Below are positions 22,901-36,175 of a stretch of DNA of 64,000 nucleotides, one piece after another. Location: positions 119,166,001 through 119,230,000 of the forward strand of contig NC_087437.1 of NCBI RefSeq assembly GCF_036321535.1, read 5' to 3'. This DNA comes from Camelus dromedarius. Taxonomy: Eukaryota. The translations under genes and the position numbers were made by a program. Numbering within the stretch: position 1 is the stretch's first letter; every line of letters begins with the position of its first letter. The notes beneath the pieces were generated by a model. The model did not search any database. It saw only the letters and a program-made list of their open reading frames with translations, and was not told where the DNA came from.

Positions 22901-25834
22901 GGACTGCGGAGCCCGTGCACGGGGGGAGCCGGAGTGGCATAGACAGGGCAGTGGCAGGGCGCGAGGGGATGCACAGGGCAGTAGCGAGGCGTGGACGGGG
23001 TGAGCGGGTCGCGTGGATCCGGATCGGCCGGGAGAAGCGGGCCGGCTTGCGGCTGCCCTTTCCCCGGGGCTGTAAGGGGCGTCTGGTGCCCACGTGCAGC
23101 CCCTTCCTCGGTAGCGCAGCCGCATCCCGCGACCCACGACAGCAACGCGCTGGCAGCTAGCACGGGTATCCTCCCCCCACCCCGTACCTTTCGTCTGATG
23201 GCCACGTCAAGCCTTAATTTCCTTTTAGAGAGTTGGGTGGGAGAGGGAGTCGAGTTTTTCTTTAAAATAGGTCTAAGATTTGCTGCCTAATCGTAATGAT
23301 TTGTGAATTTAGCCCACGGGCTGCTGCGGTCATCTTTCTGTCCACTTAATAAACGCTTACAAGCGCTTGCTTTGCCTCCCTCCCCCTCCCGCCCCCACCC
23401 CCAAGCCCCCGAAGTAGAGGAGGGCCGGCAGCTCGCTGGGGAGTGGAGACCAGGCATTTCAGTCCAGAGGGAGTGAGTTCCGTAATCCCCGCCTTAACCG
23501 CTACCCGACACTGCCATGTGAAAAGTTGGGACGTGAACCCGGGGTGCGAAATTGAGGCCAGACCGCTCCCTGGCATTGAGTGTTTCTACCTCCTCTTGCC
23601 TCCCAAATTCGGGGGCTTGGGTGGGCACTTGACTCCCACCATTCAGTGGACAAGAGACCACGGGGTATTAGAAATATGGGGGCTAGAAGGATCATTTATC
23701 TAGTCCTGCGCTGTCACATTCAAAGATGTAAGCTGTCTTGTTCATTTTTGCCTGGCAAAAGCCTTCATTAATAAAGTCAGGGGATGAAATGGGGGAAATG
23801 ATTTGAAACTGATATTAGAAAGGATTCGTCCCCCTCATACATGTAAAGCTCTGAAGAATCGATAAGAAAAAGATAAATAACTGAAAAATGAACAGTCTAC
23901 AGACCATTCACAGAAGAGAAAATACAGTGGCTCTTAAGCATGTGAGATGCTAGTCAACTATTACTGTAATAAGAGAAAGCAAAATTATGGTGAGATAATT
24001 GTTACCTATTACATTAGTAAAGACTTTTAAAGTTTAATAGCATGACTGTGAAGAGACTGTAGAGAAACACGCAGTCTCATCCTTTCCAAGTGGGAGAATT
24101 GATGAACAGCCTCTGCCCTGGCCATTTATTAATATCCATAGAAATTCAAGGTGCACATAGCCTTTGGTGCAGGAGCCCCACCTGTAGGAATCTGTCCCAC
24201 AGCCAGACTCACTTGTGTGAACTGGTTTGCGTATGAGGTTGGTCGTAAGTACCCACTGGAAGGGCAGGTCCACAGGGAGCGGGAGAGAGCCCGCCCGCCT
24301 AGCGCGATGCGCTGCTGGGCTCATCTCCCCACCCCACCCTGTCCCAGGACATCCTGCAGTGGCTTCCCAGGGCACTCACAGGTAGGTCTGAACTGTGGCC
24401 TCCCACACCTTGTTGATCACCTCACCTGTGGTCCCTCACCTGCACCCTGCTCGTGCCCCACCCAGCTGTGAAATCCCAGCCTCCCTCCGGCCTTCTGTTC
24501 TCAAGATCTTGGAACACAGTCCCAGGTTCCCCACCACCATTTCCCCATCATTCAGGTCTTTGCCCAAATGCACACCAACTCCCAGGAGCCCCAAACTGAC
24601 CACAATGGCCAACTTGCACCGCCTCTCCACCTACACAGCCCTCTAGTGACTTCACTTACAATTCTCATGCCCAGATGGCTGGTTCTCTGGTCTCTGCACA
24701 CCAAATAGGTACTGGCATTTGTGCACGAAAGCAGGTCATTTACAGGAAAAAGTGATAGGTCAGAGCAAGAGTGAAGAACAAAGCAGGCAAGACCTCAACC
24801 CACCTAAAGCCATTTCTCATGGCAATGCGCGCAGCACAGGGCTGGGGTCCACGTTCCCAAATGCCATTGCATCTTCAAAAGAGTTCTGAGAGTGTTCAGA
24901 ATTTTTCAGCTATGAGGGCTGGAAATAATTCCTTTTAAGGCAGATTTATATCCAAAATCTAAAGTTAAAAAAGTTGTGTCGCTCAGAGTTGCTGAAGGTG
25001 CCAAATTCTCATTGATAGCAAATGCAGCAGGAATTCCCTGAATCCCAGGCAGAAAAACCATCCATAAAGGATGTTACTGAGGCAGTTGGAGAAATGTGAA
25101 TACGGACTGTGAAGCTAGATAATAGTGTTGCATTAATGTCAAATTTCCTAAGCATGATAACTGCATTGAATTATAATAATGAGGATGCCTGGGTTCTTAG
25201 AAAAATGCCTTCTGAAGAATTTAGGGTGAAAAATGAAGCCTTCAAACTACAATTGATTGATCGAAAGATGATTGGATAGAGCAAATGTAGCAAAACTAGT
25301 GAATCTAGGTGAAGGTATGTAGGTTATTCTGTAGGCTTGAAATTTTAAAAAATTTACTGAGAGGATTTTAAACAGAAGAGCTTCAGTTAGTGGATTTTCC
25401 TTCCCAAACAGACTAGCTGTGGCACTAAGATGTAATCACTCTGCCCTGTGGCGCCACGCTGGGGGTGATGCTCTCAGCCTGTCACTGGCCTGCCTTACAC
25501 GTGGGCTTTCCAACTAATGTGTCTCATCAGCTCTGGTTTGTCGTTAATTTAAATACAAACCTCCTTTGTCAGGGGATGTCACAGATGCACACATCCTAAG
25601 ATGCTCCTCTACATCACGTCTAGCTTTTGTTTTCAGTCTGGCTTAATTCTTGCCCATCCAGAGAAAGAGGGACATAATCAGCAAATAATCTAATTCCTGC
25701 TATGAGCAAAGTAGCGCGTTCCATCATTCTCACCTGTAACAGCGCGTTAAAGTTCAGGAAAGTCTATATGAGGCCACAGTCCTCTGTCTCTCCATTTGAC
25801 ACAAGGTAGAGACTCGTGGTCACGAGCAGGGATT

Positions 25835-26045
25835 CTCCAGCCAGACCGCCTGCGCTCAGATTCTGGTTCTGCCCTTAGCAGCTTTGTGAACTTGGGCAAG
25901 TTTCCTTAACCCCCTTGTGCCTCAGTTTCCTAACCCGTAAAACTGAACCGGATCATCACTCAAAGAGTGTAGGAGTCAACACGTGTCAAACACTTTGAAA
26001 AATCCCTGGCACGCTGTAAGTGCTCAGTTAGGGTTAATTATTATC
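25835..26045 (+). mobile_element. MIR SINE
   Basis: gctttgtgaacttgggcaagtttccttaaccccccttgtgcctcagtttcct ... cctggcacgctgtaagtgctca. Confidence 0.8.
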
Positions 26046-27779
26046 ACTGTGATCGCTAGTCTTTCTCTCCCAGTATTTCTCTAAAACACCAAGTAGCCCA
26101 AAGCCTGAGCAAGCACCGCCTTGACTGCAAATGCTGGTGACATCAGTGTAGTCAGCAGTTCTGAATGCCCGGCACAGGCAGGGCACAGCTTGGCAGTTTG
26201 CAGGCCCTGACACAGGGCGGAGGTGAGCTGTGGGCGAGGTGAGAGAGTCTCCATGGGAAGAGGGTCTGGCCTGCAGCTTTCCCTGAGGGCAGGCGCTGCG
26301 CTAGCCCATCCATCCTGGTGTCCAGTCCTCCGTGGTGAGCCAGCTGCCTTTCTTTTTTATGAACTACTTATTAACATACACGCACAGTGCCTTGTATTTG
26401 CAGGGGGAGACTGAGGTCAAGAACAGCATGTTTTTTGTCCTGTGCACGCCCTCCAGGTCCAGCTCTGACCCTGGGCCCGATGAGTGGGGCAGGATGGGTA
26501 TAAGCAGACTTCCCGGACAAGCTTATTTATATAAAGCTTCCAGCTGATGCCCATTACTGCTCTAAGCGGGCATCACCCGGAACCCAGGGGATACGGGCAC
26601 TTACATTCTTACCAGGGTACAAGTCTACGAGAGAGTGAGAGGGGCCAAGTGATAGGGACTGCAGGGTGCTGATGGAAGCGCCCTGGGCATCCTTGGTGGC
26701 CAGGCACCTCACGGAGAAGGCAGGGCTTGTGTTCGGTTAGATCATGAGAATGGGGAGGGGTGTGCGCTGGAGACAAGGGGGTCGCATTCCAGAATGACCA
26801 AGGTGGCTTGGGCTGTGTAAATGGGACTGGCACGAACACGGCGCGCACCTACAAGTGGCCGGCAGGAGGTCGGGTTAGGGAAGCCGGCCATCCAGCAAGT
26901 CCATCCACACTCCTCCTGGAGGGTCAGCACAGAGTGGACCGCCGGCCACACAGGAAGCAGCAGTTCCAGCCCAGGCCCCGGGACACCTTAATCCCAACCA
27001 AGATGCCGTGCCATGGCCACCGTCCACGTCCAGAGCAGACTCTGGAATCCAAGCCCTGCTAATGCTGGGGCTCTCCACGGGGAGACTCTTCCTTGGAAAT
27101 GCACAGTGTGCATCAGACGTGGCTCCCAAGTGACCACTCCACCTCCTAAAGGATGGGCATGGTTGGGACCTCTGAGAGAAGGGCCGGGGGCCAGGACCCT
27201 GATCTCTAAGTGCTGGGCCCCTGGGCAGAGCAGGGGGGATGAAACTGAAGGAAACTGATCACCAAAAAAGAGACAGGAGGCCTGCGGGGCTGGCACAAGA
27301 CACCCCAGCCCTCCTGGGACCCTGCCTAGCACCTGCCCCTCCAACCTCACGCTGCACCCACCCTTGGGTGACCGCTGGGGCGGGGCGATAACAACGAGGT
27401 GATGGAGGGATGAAGGCTTCACTCGCGAGGGGATAGCACTCCTCAGAAGGTTCCTGGGGGTCACACGGGGTCACACGGCCGCTAGGGCACCCAGGGCAAG
27501 CAGCCCATGACTGGTAGCGGCTACAACTCACCAGGACCCGGAAGCTCACTGGACACCTTGGCTTTCTAGCACGTGATTTTACCCCCAGGCCTCAAACAGG
27601 CGCTGAGTAACTGAAAGATCCTGTAAGACCGTTAGCAGGAGGGCTCTTCCGTGATGCCCGCTGACCGTGGCGGCCACATGCAGTGACCGCCGAGGCGCCT
27701 GATGAAAGACGCCGGTTCTGGGACCCTCAGAGAGGCTGCTGGGCTGCGGGGACAGCACAGGACTCAGCACAAACAACTC

Positions 27780-30700
27780 GGTGTCTAGTGTTCTGTGTGC
27801 CCCTTTATTTCCTTCAAAGACCATTCGTGTTCCAGCCACATCTCCGAACGAACCCAGCCGCACAGGGTCGACGCGGGCTGCGGACCGCGCTGCCCGGGAT
27901 ACAGTTGTCGTTTTGTACATGCATCACGACACGGGTCATCAGGTCAAACCTCTCCACATACCTGGACCGCCTTTTATTTTCTTTAAAAATATGTAGCTTT
28001 GATATGATATTGGGGGAAAAAACCCACAAGCCTAAATTATAAATGGCACATCGCTGGCTAGCTGGGAGGTGAGTGAACGGTGAACGGGGCGAGGTCATGT
28101 TACCTCGACTGCCTCCTCACACGCAAAGTAGGAGTGCCAAAAAAAAGGAACCGGATAGCTGTAACCTGAGTTTGCTGCGCAGGACTTAGCAGTGTTGGTG
28201 TCCCCGTGCCGCTGGCTTTGGTCATCACACCTTGGTGGGTTTGAGGGGGTGGAGGCAGGGTCTGCTGTCAGGGTCCAGGCCAGTGCTGAGACCCGTCCTC
28301 CATCTGGTAGAGTTAAATGTTCTGACTTCCAGCGTCCACCAACTCATGCTGTGAGGTTTCAAGACCAAGAATGGTGAGATTATAAATCAGAAAACATTGG
28401 AATTTTGTGGCAGCTGCGTAAATTCATCTTTTCCTTTCTGCTCAAGAAGAAAAATTTGCAGCTTCTAGAGATGTGGCCAGTAAAACCAATCAGAAACCTA
28501 GGCAGGCGCCCAACTTGTGATTGGCTGGTGGTGATGGGCTGGGGAGCCATCTCTGGGAATCCAGTGCTGCTTTTGACCTTCAACTTGAGACCTGGATTTA
28601 AATAGTGCTGGGTCTAAACCTTCTTCCTCACAGCAGGTTTCACCTGGCATGATGGTGAGATGGGTACTTCTGTAAATGCCGTGAAAACACACACACTTAA
28701 AGGTCCATTTCATTCCTCCACAGAGAACACAGGCGCGTCCTTATACGAACCAGAGTGCTGCCAGCTTGTTAACCCCAGCGTGAGCAGCTGGTTCCAGACA
28801 TCCAGACACACGTTAATATCAGTGTTCAGGAGAAATAGCTTTTAAAACACCACTCTGCAAAAATTTCATGAAGACCAAAACCAAAAGCCCTCAAACCACT
28901 CCGGCATGTGAAAAAGGTAAGGGAATAAGGTGACTCACAAATTAGCACGTTTTGTATTCGGTGTGCCATCCTAGTTGACGTTCGGCCTTGGCGACACTGA
29001 CTTTAACATAAATACCCTACACCACTTAAAAAAACAAACCTGGGTCCACAGCTCGGGAAGGAACCGTTCGCAGCAGCGGTGCAGCCCATGTTGTCACGGT
29101 GCTCTCCTGACCCCGCTTTTCTGTTTGCTTGTCGTATCTCCTGCTCCGTTAGTGACCTCCGTAACTTCCGGAAAAGCCATCTGACTGTGGCTATGTCTGT
29201 GCGTCCTGGGGGTGAGCTTCTGGATCCACTCAGATGTACCAGCTTCCCCAAGTACACCCTGCGGGCACGAACGTCTCCCCGGCGACACTCTCCCTCGTGT
29301 TACTCCCCGTGCTCCTCACACACCGGGCGGACGCAGGTCCCCCGACACCGTCCCAGGACCCCAGAGAGGTTTCCAGTCACGAGGGGCCTGAGAGCAGAGC
29401 TCTTGAGGAAGGTGTTAAACGGTGAACTGGACGCTCACGGAGTCAAACAGGAGTGGGAATGGCTAAGACATTTTTTAGAGCGAGAAAGTTGAATCTAAAA
29501 CCCCAACATCTTCACGCTCGAATAAATGGAATCCAGCTGAATTTCAAAATCAAATGAACAAAAACCTGTACTAAAAACCTCTAATCAGTACCTGAAATTC
29601 GAATTAAACTAGAATCAATCCTGGAATGTCACGGCTCTGCTGACCAGGAGAGAGAACAATGATTCGTCAAGTCAAACAGAACATGAAAAAAACCGTTGGT
29701 TCCACAAGCCTAGCAGGGACTGCTGACCTGTGGGGACTAACTTGGTGGTAACACACGACAGTTTGGACAGCCGGGTGCTAGTTTACAATGATTACAATTG
29801 AAATATAACCTTTAAAAGCAAAATATGGTGAAAAAGTCATTTTACAGTCACTTGATAATTCTTGGGACACCTAAGAATTTTTAAGAATGTATTTAAAAAT
29901 AAAATTCTTAATGTAGTTTTCTAATCTCGTCCTCAAAAAAAAAAAAAAAAAAAGAAGAAAAGACGAAATTCTGCAATTTTGGTTTTTACAAAGGTTTTCG
30001 TTCCCCCACAGCTCGATTACCCCGAAATATCTGCTTAAGGATTAACAAAAGCACCCGGAAGAAGGGACGCTCTCAATTTCACACCCGTGACGGAAGCCAC
30101 ATTTTCCTAGTAGACTTTAAATCTTATTGGAGGAAAATGAATCTTACTTAACACCTTTCACCCTGATGACAAGTGTTCTTTAATAAGCACGTCCCCTAAA
30201 AGTGGCTCTTCCAGAAGGAATGGACGATGTGAGAATTGTGAATGAAACCTGGCAGAAAGGCGCGCTGATGAGGAAAGTGGTTTGGAAGACACACGGGGGT
30301 AGTGAAGTCCTGTGTCAAGCTTACCGTTTTTGTCCACTGGCAGTCAAAGCAAGAGCATCCCAAGCTGTGATAAGCACACCGTCCACAGCCGATTCCGACC
30401 CGCTCATAAAAAGGACCTGATGCACATTTGGCTCATTTGTTACTGAACTTCCATTCCTAAGACTCACACCTGAGACATGAAGTAATTTCCTCTCTTGCCC
30501 TGAAAGTACTTGGTTTCAGCTATTGGCAACGTTTGGCAAACCTACCTCGGACAAAAGAAAAACCATGCACATGTGGGTAGCAGGTCCTACGAGCTGTCGC
30601 TCACTGCCCCTAACGTCCTCCAACAGGCTCGCGGCTCTCGTTCGCGAGGATGCCGACGGCATGAGAACGTCCATGTGTTGACGGCTCTGTTGCTATTATT

Positions 30701-31467
30701 AGAGCTTTTGATGCTGTAGAGAAAAATGTAAAAACCACATAAGAATTAATACATCTCCCACTTGCAAATAGGCTCAAAGTAAACAGTAAACTTAGAAAAG
30801 TGTTCAGCATAATATGCATAGAATATATTTAGTATTTGCATAATTTTTCAAGTTATATGGCTAATATCAAAGGCAAATGTCTTCCTACATTTGTCTGAGT
30901 GTTTCCGTTCCTACAGCAACTTCTGTTTCCCAAAAGTCCTGCCTCTGTCCCACCTCTCAGTACTCAGTACTCGCAGGCGGGCTGCACTTTTTATTCTGAG
31001 CAGCCCGTTCGGAGAGCTGACCATCCATTCTGTTCACAGTGACAGCACAGAGGGAGCCTCCTCATTGTGACGCGATCCAGGCACGGACCTAAAATGACAC
31101 CTGTTAGAGCACAGAGGGCGGACGTCAGGGCCCTCGACCTGCCCGTCCACAGTCCACCAGAGGGAGTTTTGTGGGTCCCCCTGTAAATACGCCTCTCGCG
31201 TTTAACTTCCACCCTCACACGTGAGCACAGCCCGCGCGGTGGAGCTGCTGGGTCTCGTGGCTTCTGGTGGCAAACGGCTTTGTCAGTTCTTTCTTGGGGA
31301 GATCTCCTGGCTGGAGACTCAGATTTTTTTTCCCCCTTTAAAAGATGAAATTGTTGGAAAAAACCCAGCTAGAGCTGGCGGCCGTCTGACAGCTGGCTGG
31401 CCCTCCTGCGGGGTCCCGGCGGGTGGTTCCGGTGGGTGCGCGTCTGCAGCATTGGCGGTGCAGGGGG
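27780..31467 (-). other. C2CD2: C2CD2 3'UTR (distal end inferred)
   Basis: Follows the TAG at 31468-31470; largely repeat-free with AU-rich blocks and a long U tract (29935-29953); poly(A) signals at 30990, 30179, 27973 and 27804. Confidence 0.65.
27804..27809 (-). terminator. Probable distal poly(A) signal of C2CD2
   Basis: AATAAA followed ~25 nt later by GU-rich GTTGTTTGTGCTG; upstream TGTA near 27915. Confidence 0.6.
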
Positions 31468-31776
<309 letters not shown>

Positions 31777-33603
31777 CTAATGAGGAAGGTGAGCCCTCGC
31801 TGCTGGCACCACAAAGACAGCTGGAGTCTGGTGTGTGCACAGCACTCAGGCTTCCAAGGCACAGAGAGAAGCTTAAAACGCGAACGCGGGAGCAGTGAGG
31901 TGCGCTGTCCTTGGGGTCCATTCCCAGGGCAGGCACTCAGATCCGGACTTCCTGGTGTCCCGCAGCCTACCCACTCCCCTTCATTTAGACGGGCATAAAG
32001 GAGTGCCATGCGCCCCAGAAAGGGTGCTCACGCCACTAAAGCCAGATGAAGGGCTCTGAGAACAGTGGTGTCCACTTTCTTGGGGAAGTTAAATTACACT
32101 TATTCTTCTGGGGGGTAAGAGCTCTCTGACTCCAGATCCAACGTACATCAGGCTGAGTCACAGGAAATGTCTTTCACTCGATCACGGTTGACCTACAGAG
32201 CCTCTGCTCCGTCTGCTGCTTTGACCTGTCTGTGTATGATGTCCAGCAGTGGGACGTGGAATAGAGGCAACTCAGCAGAGGCAGTAATTTCAACAGCAAC
32301 GGTTCCAAGAAGGTCAAACGCAAGCCCGCGCAGCAGCGGCCGGAACCCACTCACCCGCTGACACCTCACACATTAGCTCAACGTGCTATTGACAAGGCCC
32401 GGCAAGGTCCGGAGGCCTTTCCAGCCGGGCTGTGAGATCCATTATCATTTGCCTGAAGGTGTTGATGACTTTGAAAGAAGACATACCTGACCGTCAGAAC
32501 AAGGAGCTTTAGGGCGAATTCAGCAATTTATTCTTTTCATAACACAGATCCAACAGATACTGCGATAGCACGACACACACAGATAGCCATCCAGGCTTAT
32601 TCAGACGGGAGGCTGCAGGACATCGCCTTGTTCTCCGTGAAATGCTCGGACAATGTGGAATCTGACCCCGCCCCTCCCCGGACCTTTGCGTGATTGCCAC
32701 TCATCGCCAGGGACTTTAAGAGGCCACTTCCTAGACCTTGCCTCGGGGAGGAGCTCCCCTGACCTGCCTGCCCGGTGAAGCAGCAGAACTCAGAGACTCA
32801 ACAGCTCCGAGGAATGGGCCCAATTTAATTTGGTCAAAGCTGCCAAAAAGACTTTTTTCTCCTTTTCTCTCTGGACACAATCAACCTATCACGAAAACTC
32901 TGGACATTTTTTACGACTATCTACAGTCGGAAGGCAGCGTGCAGGGGGTTTCAGGGCGGCAAGGAAGGGAACGGAACAGGAGGGTGAGTACAGAAGTGTC
33001 ACTGGCTTTGCTCCTGTCACAGGCCTGACAGGCTGCATTCCCGGGGCTGTTCCCATCCCTGTAAGGTGCAGCGTATCCCAAAGGAATCACCAGTTAGGGG
33101 TGTGTTACGGCAGGAACCATCACCGACAGGGCAGGACTGCAGAGTCTGGCTGGTGGGGCGGATGCAGTGATGCCCACTGGTGAAGCACTCAGCTTATCAA
33201 ATGCCCCGGGGCCTCCCAGCCCGACCAGAACCTCAGGTTGGGGGAACCTGGGAGGCATTTCTGACCTACAGGTATGTGCTTTAGGTTGAGCTTGGAGCTC
33301 CCAACCAGCACCTAAGTGTGGGGCTGTCACATCGGAGCAGAGGGGAGGAAGGAAGGTCTGGGGGATCCACTCGGTTAACATGGACTCTCCAACCCCACGC
33401 CCCACCCCGATCTCCCCAGGGGGAGGGAGCGTGGGCAGGGGAACAGACCATTCCAGCCTCGGGTCAGCTGCACAGCTAGGGATGTGGAGGCCGGGCAGTG
33501 AAGATCTCTTGGGGAAGCCGCCACCTGTACAGCCCACTTCACGTCCCTGCGCTGAACTTCAGGCGGGGACTGGAGCCAGGGTCTGCAGCGTGAGCAGGGG
33601 CGG

Positions 33604-34012
33604 TGTTACAGGTTGGGTCATGTCCCTCCCAAATTCCTATGTTGGGGGCCTCAGTACGTGACTTTATTTAGAGATGTGGTTATTACAGAGGCGATGAAGT
33701 TACAGTGAGGTCATCAGAACAAGCCCAGTCCAATATGACTGGTGTCCTTATAAAAAGGGGACATCTGAACAGACAGGCACACAGGGAGACACCCTGAGAA
33801 GATGACGGCAGAGATCGGGGTGATGCTTCTAGAAGCCAGGGAACCCCAAAGATGGTTAACCCCCAGAAGCTGGGGGAGAGATTCTCCCACTCAGCCTCCG
33901 GAGGAGCCAGCCCTGCCCAGACCTTGGTCTTAGATGCCCGGCCTCCGGAATTGAGAGAGAAGAAATCTGTCGTTTAAACCACCCCGTCTGTGGTTACGGC
34001 CACCCCAGGAAT
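33604..34012 (+). mobile_element. MaLR LTR (MLT1B-like)
   Basis: tgttacaggttg...tccaatatgactggtgtccttataaaagggga...ccagccctgcccagaccttggtcttaga. Confidence 0.85.
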
Positions 34013-35819
34013 CCAGAAGGGGGAGGGGAGGTATGACTTCAGATGAGGGTCCTGAAGCGCCGGCCACGTCCTCCTGTTTATCCTTGGACCCTGGATGCCA
34101 CGAGGAAGATCGAGGCAGGGGGCTCACAGCAGAGTGGTGTTCTCAGCCCCAAGACATGCTGGAGGCGGGCGGCAGCCTTTTAAAACTGCAGATGGCCGGG
34201 CCCAGCTGTGCAGAATCTGATGTGATGGGCTCTGGGGACACACTCTGACATCAGCACCTTCTAGGGGATCCCAGGTCCCTCTAGTGCAGCTGGAAACCAC
34301 TGCCGGGGTCAGGTCAGATGCCATCAGCGCCTGGAGTGCGGGACCTCATTGCTAAGGACGCAGACGTCAGCCCCGGGACCAGACCGGAGAGCAGAAAGTT
34401 GGCAGCACGTTCACTTCCCTTCACTTGGTTTTGTGATGCCCTCCATGTTTAGATGTCTCAGGGGTGCTGCGTGGGATGGGGGGCAGGGGACGAGGGCAGC
34501 CCGCCCTGCGGGCACAGCACCTGCTGCCGGGAAGTCCAGCTCTGCACCGGACTGAGAGAGAAGCCAGAACGTGGGGCCAGGCCGGGGGTGGCTGCGCTCA
34601 GACCTCTTCCCAAAGGGACTCTGCACGCATCCGAGCCATCGCTTTAGGTTGTTTAAATGACGTTGTGCTTTAAATGCCTAAACTTCAAATTCTTGCCCCA
34701 GGAAGTTAAAACATCAAGGACTTCCCCCCTGGGAACAGAGCTGGCAGAGCAGGGAGACCATCTGCCACGTCGTTTAAATGACTGCTGGTGGCTTCACCCA
34801 CGTCCAAGGCCTGCCTGCTCCCGGAGCATCCCTGCTCCAGCCAGCTGCATGCCTGCAGATGTGCACTGCCCCTACAGGCCCGCAACGGGGTCTCTCTGTT
34901 CTTCGTCCTCACTCACGCCCTCTGGAACGGGCGTGCGGCGGGGTCAGCTCTGCCTGTTCAGTGTTGATGCTGGGACAGGATGACGCCACATGTACCCAGG
35001 TGCAAATCGTCCCGAAGTCATCTGCATGGCTCAGCAGGCCTGCGCTCCCCTAACTTGACACGACTTGTCAAGGCTTCTGGGGGACATCGGTTCTTGGACA
35101 GAGAAGAGTCATGTGAGGGGAGGGATGGAGGTTTGCAAATTAGAGGCCCCGAGCCCTGCTTACGTCTGGACAACCTCTGAGGGTGACCTCATCCCTCGCT
35201 GACAAGTGAGGAAGCAGAGACTCGGAGATGCGATGTGCTTTGTCCTACCGACGGGAGCCCAAGTTGCAAAGCTGGGCTGTCACTCCTGGTCTTCAGTGCT
35301 GCTAAGGATGGTGTCTGAGCTGGAAGGGGTGGGGGTCTGGAGGTCCCGTCCGTGGGCAGCCACTGGAGAGGCCTCCGGAAGGCAGGGTGGACACTGCTTT
35401 CAGAGGGATGGCAGAGCAGAGCCCGGCACTCAGGCAGGGCCTCAGACAGGCTTTCCAGAATGATGCAACTTTCTCAGGAGGCCCGTGGGCAGTGCGGGCA
35501 GGATAGGACATTCTAGCGATGTGAGCCCATCTCCAGGGCCCACAGTTTCACTCATCAAACATGAGGAATGACCAGCATTAACAGAGGTTATGCTGTCTTC
35601 ATTTCTAAATGAAAATGTTAATGTCCGTTGTAATTTGGCCACTAAATCACCATGACCTTTGGGGTAAATGATGCTGGGAGGACACAGCACAGGTGTGCTC
35701 AGTGGACGCCGGTGCAGCCAGGCCACAGTGGGTGCGGGGTCGCAGCTCAGATGGGCGAGCACACCTCTCGTCTGCTGGGAGGTGATATCACAGGGGGCGA
35801 CCTGGGCTAACGGAGACGG

Positions 35820-36175
35820 TACCAGTCTGCCCAGTGCACCTGGCGATTCCAGCCAACACTAATCTGAGTGCTGCTGGAAGGCACGTGGTCGACGAGGTTA
35901 ACATCAACCATCAGGTGGCCTGGGCGAAAGGAGATGACCCAGGATAACGTGGTGGGTTTCATCCAATCAACTGAATGCCTAAAGGACCAAAACGAAGGTT
36001 CCCAGAGCAGAAATTCTGCCTCAAGACCACACCATCAGCTCCTGATTGGTTCGCCCCTGGCCTGCTGGCCTGGCCCACAGATCTCAGCCTTGCGGCACCG
36101 ACGACTGCGTGGTCCAGTTCCTCGAACTCGAAAACCTGTTGGTTCTGTTCCTCTGGAGAACCCCGACCGAGACAA
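35820..36175 (+). mobile_element. ERVL LTR (MLT2-like)
   Basis: gtgggtttcatccaatcaactgaa, aattctgcctcaagac, cctgttggttctgttcctctggagaaccc. Confidence 0.75.

Larger units (their letters stand above)
21590..23170. promoter_or_regulatory. CpG island / PRDM15 promoter
   Basis: Very high GC and CpG density, many GGGCGG boxes, ETS-type CCGGAAG at 22381-22387, spans exon 1. Confidence 0.92.

Noticed and set aside
21498..23205. Many long overlapping ORFs (up to 277 aa) on both strands
   Set aside because: Stop-codon depletion in a GC-rich repetitive CpG island; low-complexity R/P/G/A peptides with no domain
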